From contig CALIBN010000006.1 of the NCBI GenBank assembly GCA_938045545.1, positions 62,246-126,245 on the forward strand: a stretch of DNA of 64,000 nt, written 5' to 3'. Source of the DNA: an uncultured archaeon (GTDB lineage Archaea > Thermoproteota > EX4484-205 > JAAOZP01). This document shows, one piece after another, positions 19,586-27,845 of the stretch. Below the pieces are notes generated by a model, which searched no databases, had not been told where the DNA came from, and saw nothing but the letters and a program-made list of their open reading frames with translations. Both the position numbers and the translations under genes were made by a program. The number at the start of each line of letters is the position of its first letter. Position 1 is the first letter of the stretch.

Positions 19586-20506
19586 TCACCCTCTTTCAAT
19601 ACTCTTGGTGAAAACCGCGAACCTACGGGCTTCAGACATGCCGTTCCTCACGTAGAAACTGTAGTTTCTACCCCCGCCCCAGGCCAACCAAGCATTCTTA
19701 CCGCCGAGAGACTGGATCAGCCTTAGACACCTGTGGAACAGGACCGTCCCAACCCCCTTGTTCCTATGCTCCTCAGCAACCCCGAAAGGGCCGAAATGCT
19801 CTATCAGCCCGTCGGTAGCTATTTGACAATAGCCAACTATCTCCCCGCCGTGGAAAGCAAGAGTAAACCAGTCGAGACACCTAGGATATTTCTCCATCGT
19901 CCTCCTAGCGTCCTCGTACCACCATGGGAACCTGGCTTTAAGGAAGAGAAGAAGCTCCAACACGTGTTCATCGTCAAGCTGCCGGAATAAGTAGCCTTCT
20001 CCAGAAAGCCTTCTCTCAAGTTCTAAAACCTCTCTTGGTGTCGCGTATCCCATAAGCGACATGCTCATTGAAACCGATTCCCTGCTTGACTCACTGTAGC
20101 CGTTCTTGGTGAAGAAGCCTATCGCCCCCGGGTAAGCCTTAACGTCAACCCCTGGAACAAGGTATCTCGGCCCGCCTGAGAAGACTACTCTCTTAACCCC
20201 TTTCCCTCTGAGTTTTTCCTCAACCGTTGCAAGCATTCTCGACCCGACGCCCATGCCTCTAAACCCGTTTTTCACAGCAAGTATGTTTATGTATCCTGTT
20301 TCACCCCTTGTTACGGAGTAGATGAAGCCGACCACCCTGCCCTCGGACTCTGACACGATGCAGAGATCAGGATCATAATTCTCCTGCAGGAGAACCCTGT
20401 ACCTGAAGGACTCCTCGTTAAGCCTGTCGAGAGGCATCGCGTCATTGATGATTTCTAGAACAGGCCTGAGATCCCGGCCTTTAAAACTTCTTTCCTCCAG
20501 GTTCAA
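19586..20506 (-). CDS. Tandem-GNAT acetyltransferase (GlmA-like amino-sugar N-acetyltransferase)
   Basis: Two acetyl-CoA binding motifs (FRGMGVG; HRNKGVG), YLVPGVD and FGPFGV; first gene of the namZ operon. Confidence 0.8.
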   Translation of the reverse strand: MNLEERSFKGRDLRPVLEIINDAMPLDRLNEESFRYRVLLQENYDPDLCIVSESEGRVVGFIYSVTRGETGYINILAVKNGFRGMGVGSRMLATVEEKLRGKGVKRVVFSGGPRYLVPGVDVKAYPGAIGFFTKNGYSESSRESVSMSMSLMGYATPREVLELERRLSGEGYLFRQLDDEHVLELLLFLKARFPWWYEDARRTMEKYPRCLDWFTLAFHGGEIVGYCQIATDGLIEHFGPFGVAEEHRNKGVGTVLFHRCLRLIQSLGGKNAWLAWGGGRNYSFYVRNGMSEARRFAVFTKSIERG

Positions 20507-20590
20507 CGAAAATCTGTTTGAACTGCTACATATAAGTGTTTTTCAAACCCAAGGTTTATCACCCACCGGGTTAACGTATAACGGCTTAAC

Positions 20591-21586
20591 ATGGTTTCAA
20601 GACTGGAGAGGATAGACGCGGAGTTTGAAAAACTGTTGACGGAGCATAGAAACCCTAGGACGGTTAGGATAGACAGGGTTGAGGTGGTTGAGGCCTTGAA
20701 GATGATAAACAGGGAGGACAAGAAGGTGGCTAGGGCTGTTGAACTAGAGATACCGAGGATCGCCAGGGCTGTTGAAAGCGTCGTCAAAGCCTTTAAGAAA
20801 GGCGGTAGGCTGATTTACGTTGGCGCCGGCACGAGCGGCAGGATAGGAGTCATAGACGCGGCCGAGTGTCCACCTACCTTCGGCACAAGCCCAAGCATGG
20901 TTCAGGCTCTGATAGCGGGTGGAAGAAGAGCCATGTTCAGGGCTGTTGAAGGGGCTGAGGACAACATGAAGGCCGGGGTTAACGATATCAAGCGTCTTAA
21001 GGTTTCCGAGAGGGATGTCGTCATAGGGCTGAGCGCCTCGGGCAGGGCACCCTACGTGGCAGGGGCTCTTAAGGAGGCTAGGCGAAGAGGTGCTGAAACC
21101 ATTGCCGTCGCAACAGTGCCTAACCCTAAGATCGGGGTCTACGCCAACATACTGATAACGCCAATAGTTGGTCCAGAAGCGATAGCGGGGTCTACTAGGA
21201 TGAAGGCGGGTACTGCTGAGAAGATGGTGCTAAACATGATTTCAACAGTCTCGATGGTCAGGATTGGAAAGGTGTATACGAACCTGATGATAGACATTAA
21301 GCCTTTAAGCGTGAAGCTTAGGTCACGGGCTAGGAGGCTGCTACGCTTTTTCGCAGGAGTCTCAAGCGAAGAGGCAGAGGAAATATACAGGGAGAGCAGG
21401 TATGATTTGAAGGTTGCTCTAGTCATGGCTTTAGCGAGGGTTGAGGCAGGCCAGGCAAGAAAAGCTTTGAGGAAAAGCCAGGGCCTAGTCTGGAGGGCTA
21501 TAAGGCTGATTCAGGAAGAAAGCACGAGACCCAGGTTTAAAACTCGAAAACAACAACGTCGTAAACCATCAGGCTGTCCAGAGTGA
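20591..21586 (+). CDS. murQ: N-acetylmuramic acid 6-phosphate etherase
   Basis: TEHRNP, GAGTSGRIGVIDAAECPPTFG, AVEGAED, GPEAIAGSTRMKAGTAEKMVLNMIST. Confidence 0.95.
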   Translation: MVSRLERIDAEFEKLLTEHRNPRTVRIDRVEVVEALKMINREDKKVARAVELEIPRIARAVESVVKAFKKGGRLIYVGAGTSGRIGVIDAAECPPTFGTSPSMVQALIAGGRRAMFRAVEGAEDNMKAGVNDIKRLKVSERDVVIGLSASGRAPYVAGALKEARRRGAETIAVATVPNPKIGVYANILITPIVGPEAIAGSTRMKAGTAEKMVLNMISTVSMVRIGKVYTNLMIDIKPLSVKLRSRARRLLRFFAGVSSEEAEEIYRESRYDLKVALVMALARVEAGQARKALRKSQGLVWRAIRLIQEESTRPRFKTRKQQRRKPSGCPE

Positions 21587-23723
21587 ATTCAAAACAGTCG
21601 GGGAGCTCCCGGACGGGGAGCATGCCTCTATCGCTAAGCTTAAACACCCTCCTGGGCCGGCTACCCCTGATTCTGACTTTAATATTGTGCACACTGGTTA
21701 TGCTTGAAATAGGCCTCTGCATGTCTCCAGTAGTATTAACAAGGTGGACAAGAATTCTGCCCGTGCTTCTCTGCTCCCTGACTTCGAACAGCACCGTCTC
21801 GGGAGCGTCAACCTCCACGACAGGAGGCTTACGCATCGCAAACCTAATGCAGCCGGCATAAACCTGCGAGATATCCGGCATCCTGTACCTGGAGTAGAAG
21901 TCTTCAATAAGCGAGGAGAAGTAGATCGTCCTGCTCTCGCCGTGGCTACTGCAGATGATTGCAGCATAGTTCGAAACCCCTCTGGGAGCCGCGTAGTAGG
22001 CGCCTATCGGATTCATGAAAAAGCATATCGCCTCAGCATCCCGCCTGCTGAAAGCCTTAAGGCTATACACTGGTCTAGGGATTAACGCGCCAACAGGCAT
22101 TGAGAAGATTTTCTTTTCAGGCTCTGCAAGCTTCATGTATTCCTCCCCGACCCTGGGAAGCATCATGCCGTCGCATCTTTCTACGCCTAGAATACTCCAG
22201 AGCGGGTTTTCAAGCCTATGGTCCCCATACTCGTCATAACAACCGGTTTCAAAGGAGCAGACCAAGCTTCCACCCTTTCCAATGAAGCTTCTAACGCTGC
22301 GGATCTGTTCATCGCTCAAGCAGGCAGAGTTTGGAAGAATAAGCAGAGAGTATTTTTCAAGCTCGCCTTTGGCAAGAGCGTCATCCAGAATCACGTCGTA
22401 CGGAATATGGCTTCGGCTTAAAATGGTTGCAGCGCCCAGTATAGAGTTAGTGTAGATCTCGTCGCATATTTCCTTTCTCGCCTTAAGGTCTGTTTTCCTC
22501 CTGCCAGTACTCCCCTCTATCCTAAGGTCCCTCTCAACACCAGTCCCCGGATCCAAGTATAGTTCCCTGAGCTCAGACAAGTAGAACGTGGATGTTTGCG
22601 TTGAGACCAGCAGGGCTACTTCAGCCTTCGAGACAGTGTCAGCATAGTATTCTTCGTTTCTCGACAGGAAGCCGAGAATGTTTCTCATAGGGGTTAAGGC
22701 ATCCTCCAGCCTAGTGTCTAAAGCGTAGTCGAATACTGCGAACCAAGGGTTTGCACCGCAGGAAACGGTTTGCGCAACCGAGACCTCAGCCTCGAAACGT
22801 GGCAGGGGAACGTAGTGCCAGCTGCCCAGCGCGTGATGGCTGAAGACAACCGCCGGCTTACCTTTGGCGGCGAGGTGCTTAGCCTCAAGCGTCCAGAAGA
22901 TTAGAGGCACGTTTTGAGAACCAGGATGGAAGAACGCCTCTGCGCCGTTAAAATCCTCGTATTCGCTTAGCTTTTCAATGTTGCGGGCAACCCTCCAGCT
23001 GCCGGGCCACCAGGCCCCACCGTTAAGAAATATTACACCCTCCTCGTTAACCCTCTTAACAGCTTGACGAGCATCCCTGAGAAACTCAACCATAGACTCT
23101 TCTCTGAACTCTATGAATCTCTTCCAGAGAGGGTTCGACCAGTCTTCCCAGCTGGGAGGCTCGCTGCCATGCTTTTCCGAAAACTTTTCCCGGCATGACT
23201 TGCAGTAGCAGCACCCTGGGAAAACAACCGGCCCATCCAGGAAAACACCGTCAATCCCTGTTTTCATAGCCTCCTCTATGAGTTCGAAAGCCCAGTTTCT
23301 CCACCCTGTGTTCACGCAGAAAGTCGTCCCGGATCCATATAGGGGATGCACGCTACCATAGCTTCTACCGTCTTCTATGCGTTGCTCCCAATCAGCATGC
23401 CTACGTCCAAACTCATACGAATACCAGTGCATGTTCAAGTATGCTAAGACCCTGATCCCATGCTTCCTGGCATGAGGCAAGTATTCCCTCACCAGGTCGA
23501 AATCACCCAGCCCAGGATACTTTTCGAACTTCGGCGTGTTGAAAGTGGTTAAGTAGCCCAGCCCCGGGGCTGTCCCCGGCGTACCTATCACCCATTCGCA
23601 GTTAATATTCCACTCCTCCTTCTTCCACCCGGCCAGCTTATCCATGTCTGATTCAGCCATCCTGCCCAGAGCATCCAAGTAGTCGAGCCTCATCATCCTA
23701 ACGGGTTTCCGCCACCACTCCAA
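21537..23723 (-). CDS. Uncharacterised glycoside hydrolase (GHL6/GH42-like TIM barrel plus beta-galactosidase trimerisation domain)
   Basis: GIRVLAYL, CVNTGW, DGVFLDG, CCYCKSC, LILPNSACLSD..GGSLV, VHLVN. Confidence 0.75.
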   Translation of the reverse strand: MEWWRKPVRMMRLDYLDALGRMAESDMDKLAGWKKEEWNINCEWVIGTPGTAPGLGYLTTFNTPKFEKYPGLGDFDLVREYLPHARKHGIRVLAYLNMHWYSYEFGRRHADWEQRIEDGRSYGSVHPLYGSGTTFCVNTGWRNWAFELIEEAMKTGIDGVFLDGPVVFPGCCYCKSCREKFSEKHGSEPPSWEDWSNPLWKRFIEFREESMVEFLRDARQAVKRVNEEGVIFLNGGAWWPGSWRVARNIEKLSEYEDFNGAEAFFHPGSQNVPLIFWTLEAKHLAAKGKPAVVFSHHALGSWHYVPLPRFEAEVSVAQTVSCGANPWFAVFDYALDTRLEDALTPMRNILGFLSRNEEYYADTVSKAEVALLVSTQTSTFYLSELRELYLDPGTGVERDLRIEGSTGRRKTDLKARKEICDEIYTNSILGAATILSRSHIPYDVILDDALAKGELEKYSLLILPNSACLSDEQIRSVRSFIGKGGSLVCSFETGCYDEYGDHRLENPLWSILGVERCDGMMLPRVGEEYMKLAEPEKKIFSMPVGALIPRPVYSLKAFSRRDAEAICFFMNPIGAYYAAPRGVSNYAAIICSSHGESRTIYFSSLIEDFYSRYRMPDISQVYAGCIRFAMRKPPVVEVDAPETVLFEVREQRSTGRILVHLVNTTGDMQRPISSITSVHNIKVRIRGSRPRRVFKLSDRGMLPVRELPDCFEFTLDSLMVYDVVVFEF

Positions 23724-24035
23724 GCCTATCGCCGTTTATGCGACGAGATGTTGAAAAGCTATTTTAAAACATTTATGCCTCATGCAAACCACAGTCATGA
23801 AGCTTAGAGCACTACCATCTCGTGATGCGGCAAGTTAAACAGAGAATTGTCTGCAATACTCCCGCATCTCTTCAGAAAGCTTCAAGCGATTCATCTACTT
23901 GCTGACGCAACAATGGAGACGGTTTCTCCAGCATTGCGATGAGCCCATTTCCGGATTTAAAGTATTTTTACCTAGTTTAAGTTTATAGCTTGGAACTAAT
24001 ACAGTAGACTAGTTAGAAAGCACGGAGGAAAAATA

Positions 24036-25154
24036 TTGGTCGAAGATGCAACGAGGGAACAGAAGGTACACGGTGTACAAATGTCGATTATAATCCCCAC
24101 TTACATGGAAGCAGAAACCCTTTCTAAGCTTGTAGAAAGAGTAGAGAAGACTTTGGTGGAAACAGATTTCGAGATCATCATTGTCGACGATAATAGTCCC
24201 GATGGGACAGCTGACATCGCTGAGGGGCTTGGCATGAAGTTTGGAAATATCAGGGTGATAAGAAGGCCTGGAAAGCTGGGGTTGGGCTCTGCAGTGATGG
24301 ATGGACTAAAGTTGGCGAGATCACAGCTGATCGCTGTTATGGACGCCGATTTGCAGCATCCTCCGGAAGTCCTAAAACATATGTTGGAGGAGTTAGGAAA
24401 AGGTTGTGATGTTGTCATCGCCTCAAGGTATGTTAAGGGTGGTGGAGCCCAGGGCCTCAGCGTGTGGAGGCGATTTATATCTAAAGGAGCCACCGTCCTT
24501 GCGCACGTTTCCCTGCCGAAGACGAGCCGCGTTTCAGACCCGCTATCTGGATATTTCGCGCTCAACAAGAAAGTGATTCATGGAATTAAGCTGAACCCGA
24601 TCGGTTACAAGATCCTGCTCGAAATCCTTGTGAAAGGAAAATACGGAAGGGTCTGCGAAATACCTTACAACCTTCAGCATAGGGCTGGGGGTAGAAGTAA
24701 ACTCGGTTTACGCGAGATTTTGCTTTATTTGAAACACTTATACTCATTGACAAAGGAGGCAAGCGAACATAGGAGGCTTATAAACTTCGTGCTGGTTGGG
24801 TTGGCGGGAATCCTAGTTAATGAGACCATCTTATGGTTTTTGACTGAACACTTATATCTGCATTATGTGTTTTCCGCTTCGATCAGCGCAGAAGTATCTG
24901 TTTTATCAAACTTCGCTCTGAACGAGGTTTTCACGTTCAGGGACCTGGTAGCAGATTCCTCTTTAAGATCGGTGTTTAGAAGAGTCTTTGAATACAACTG
25001 GACAAGAATAGTGGGGATATGCATAGAGCTGTTCACATTGCATGTTTTAACCATTTTCGCGGGACTACACTATCTTCTTGCAAACCTTGTGGGTATTGCT
25101 TTAAGCTTGGCTTGGGGTTATTCAACCAGCATCTCAATTGTATGGAAGAGTTAG
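24036..25154 (+). CDS. Dolichol-phosphate mannosyltransferase (GT2) with C-terminal GtrA domain
   Basis: IIIPTY, VDDNSPDGT, MDADLQHPP, SDPLSG, IGYKILLE; GtrA-like tail FVLVG..GILVN...SNFALNEVFTF. Confidence 0.9.
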   Translation: MVEDATREQKVHGVQMSIIIPTYMEAETLSKLVERVEKTLVETDFEIIIVDDNSPDGTADIAEGLGMKFGNIRVIRRPGKLGLGSAVMDGLKLARSQLIAVMDADLQHPPEVLKHMLEELGKGCDVVIASRYVKGGGAQGLSVWRRFISKGATVLAHVSLPKTSRVSDPLSGYFALNKKVIHGIKLNPIGYKILLEILVKGKYGRVCEIPYNLQHRAGGRSKLGLREILLYLKHLYSLTKEASEHRRLINFVLVGLAGILVNETILWFLTEHLYLHYVFSASISAEVSVLSNFALNEVFTFRDLVADSSLRSVFRRVFEYNWTRIVGICIELFTLHVLTIFAGLHYLLANLVGIALSLAWGYSTSISIVWKS

Positions 25155-25347
25155 GCCATGCCAGTTATTCTTTGAGTAAGCTAGGGTGTTTTTTGAAGAT
25201 GTTGAACACGAGTCTCATATTCCGAGATACTGGGTTGAGAGCAGTATTGAGCGTTAATCCAGTTCGATTAATTCCGAGCTGGTAGCGTTGCCGTAATGCT
25301 TTTAAACTTTGGCTTCTTATCAATAATTTGCCTGATAATAAGCTAAG

Positions 25348-27642
25348 ATGAGCATGCCTTTGAAAGCCGCACATTCGTGTTTGAAAACATTTACACTCAT
25401 CCTTATTGTCGTCTTGCTTGCACTCAGCCTTCTCTCGATTCCTCTAGGCATTAGCATAATCTTAGTTGAAGGCCTCTCGAATGCAGCCTCGAAAATCCAA
25501 ACATCGTGGTACTTTTACTTCGCATTAGCTGAGATTATTTATTCTTTATGCTTCGTTTTTGCTTTCAGGTCGAGAGAAAGCCTCAGAAAATCTATACGTA
25601 AATTTCTTAACGAGCCCATTGCATTTCCAAGCGATAATTTCTTGCTACTTATGCCTGTTATCACGTGCTTAACCCATATGGCCCTGAGCCTTATCGAATC
25701 GATCCAAAAACATCTACAGATATCAACAGGCCTCCCACCCCTAAGCTCGGACCCGATATCGGCCTACTTTGAATCAGCCTGGTCCCCCATACTTGAAGAG
25801 ATTGTGTTTAGAATGCTCTTGCTGGGTTTTTTCTACTCTTTCTACCTGAACAGAGGCATCGGCACCCTTTCAGTTCGCAAAAAGCTCAATGTTTCTCTGC
25901 TTTCATTCTTAAGCCCGGAAAGCGCGAAGAGGCTTTTAAGATCATGGGGCTCATCCATATCTTTTAAAATCGAAAATGACGAATGGATGATCATCATTTT
26001 CTCCTCTGCCCTCTTTGCTTTTTCCCACTACGCGGTGCCAAACGCTTGGGGTATTGGAAAACTTACCTTAGCGTTCATACAAGGATTTACTATGGCGCTG
26101 TCATACGTCTTTTATGGTATCTATGCTTCCCTACTAATTCACTGGTACTTCAATTACTATCTGTACACCAATAGACTAATTGCAGTTTTACTTCCAAACC
26201 TGTCATTTCTAAGCGTGTTCAGCGAAGTAGTATCCATGGTCTTGACAGTACTAACCTTAACCCTGTTGGTGCTTTTGAACATTAGAAGCATGATCAAGAC
26301 AGTTTCGTCTACCTGCAAGAAATATCGGCCGAGCCTCATAATGCTAGTCCCTAGAGCCTGCGTGACAATAAAGAAAAGAATGCTGGCTTTAAATGTTGTT
26401 AAAAAAGCAATCCCTGAGCTGGCTTTGCTAGCTGTAGTTGTCCTCACGTTAATCTTAAGGCTGTCCATTCTCGAATATCCGAAGCGTGAAACCTACGGAG
26501 GGATAGTAAGCTGGGACTTTATATTTGATGAGAAGTATTACGTTAGTGCAGCTAGAGACATGTTGGCAGACAAGGCAACGAACAATGAACATCCACCTCT
26601 AGTGAAGGTTTTCATTGCTTTGGGCATAATGTTCTTGGGAGATAACCCGGCAGGTTGGCGTGTCTTCACAATCTCAGCTGCAACGGCTTCAGTATTATTG
26701 GTGTACGCACTTTCTTTGCTTCTCAATGGTAGTAGAGAGGTTTCTCTTTGCTCAGCGATACTCTTTGCCTTAGACATAATGGTGTTCAACATAGGACAGA
26801 TCGCCATTCTAGATGCTCCAGCAATAACGTTTATGCTTGCTGCAAGCGTATTATTTTTGAAGAAGAGGCATGATCTTGGCGGGTTTTTTCTAGGCTTAGC
26901 CTCATTGTGTAAGCTTACTTCCGTGTTTTTATATTTAGGCATCACAGCCTTTCTAGTTCTATCTGAGGTAAAGTCGTTCCGAAAGACTATAGAATCCTGT
27001 TTAAGGATTGGCGTCACAGCCCTTGTTGTCTTCTTAGCCGGATTATGGGTCTACGACTCATTATATTCCGCCTTCGCTAAAAACCCTCTAAGTCACATTA
27101 GCTACATGCTAACATACCACAGCAGCCTGAAATATCAGGATTCGAAAGAAGTAATTCTTCCATTACAATGGATAAATCCACTCGACCCGTTCACCCCCAT
27201 GCCGTTCTACGTTATAACGACTATGGAAACAGTGGGAGGAACCCTTAAAGTATACCATCCTGTTGCCTATTACGGTATCTACAGCCCTCTATGGTGGAGC
27301 ATATGGATAGTCATGTCTCTAAGCCTATTCTACATCTTAAGAGAAGCAAGAAATAGAAGTTTTGAGAGAACCCGGCTTTTCATCCTTACTTGGATCCTTG
27401 CGAACTTCTTGCCTTATGTTTTTCTAGCATACCTAATGTCTAGATGGGTTTACCCATTTTACTTCTACTTGACATTGCCGGCGCTATATATCGGTCTATC
27501 CAGCTACTTGAATAGATGCAAGTATTCAAAACTAGTTATGGCTTCCACTGTAATTTTGCAAGCTTTTTGGTTCGTCTTATGGTTTCCGGTTAAACCAAAG
27601 CTTCTTATTGATATCTTAGCATCTTTGGGATTGCCAGTTTAA
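25348..27642 (+). CDS. Fusion of a CPBP (Abi/Rce1-like) intramembrane protease and a Pmt/GT39 protein O-mannosyltransferase
   Basis: N-terminal half: PILEEIVFR, FAFSH, IHWYFN. C-terminal half: FDEKYY, NEHPPLVK, GDNPAGWR, ILD, CK, YH...W, YPFYF. Confidence 0.85.
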   Translation: MSMPLKAAHSCLKTFTLILIVVLLALSLLSIPLGISIILVEGLSNAASKIQTSWYFYFALAEIIYSLCFVFAFRSRESLRKSIRKFLNEPIAFPSDNFLLLMPVITCLTHMALSLIESIQKHLQISTGLPPLSSDPISAYFESAWSPILEEIVFRMLLLGFFYSFYLNRGIGTLSVRKKLNVSLLSFLSPESAKRLLRSWGSSISFKIENDEWMIIIFSSALFAFSHYAVPNAWGIGKLTLAFIQGFTMALSYVFYGIYASLLIHWYFNYYLYTNRLIAVLLPNLSFLSVFSEVVSMVLTVLTLTLLVLLNIRSMIKTVSSTCKKYRPSLIMLVPRACVTIKKRMLALNVVKKAIPELALLAVVVLTLILRLSILEYPKRETYGGIVSWDFIFDEKYYVSAARDMLADKATNNEHPPLVKVFIALGIMFLGDNPAGWRVFTISAATASVLLVYALSLLLNGSREVSLCSAILFALDIMVFNIGQIAILDAPAITFMLAASVLFLKKRHDLGGFFLGLASLCKLTSVFLYLGITAFLVLSEVKSFRKTIESCLRIGVTALVVFLAGLWVYDSLYSAFAKNPLSHISYMLTYHSSLKYQDSKEVILPLQWINPLDPFTPMPFYVITTMETVGGTLKVYHPVAYYGIYSPLWWSIWIVMSLSLFYILREARNRSFERTRLFILTWILANFLPYVFLAYLMSRWVYPFYFYLTLPALYIGLSSYLNRCKYSKLVMASTVILQAFWFVLWFPVKPKLLIDILASLGLPV

Positions 27643-27845
27643 AGAAACCGATCTCGACTCGACTCCCACTCGTATTGAAAGAAGACGGTGCAAAATATGA
27701 CGAGGCAGATGAGAATTTTAAAAATCATGGTGTCTGTTTAGACATATTATGGTCAAGATTAATAACAAAACTTTTTTGCATCACCTAGCAATCTCATATA
27801 AGGTGGTACTTAATTTTTATTGAAAAAGATAACAGGGTATTATAG

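Noticed and set aside
20516-20548. GTTTGAA-N19-TTCAAAC inverted repeat in the murQ/GNAT divergent promoter
   Set aside because: Only 7-bp arms with a long spacer, not aligned to a clear dyad, so too weak to call an operator.
23724-24035. Short Cys-containing minus-strand frames in the spacer
   Set aside because: Interrupted by stops, with no coherent motif.
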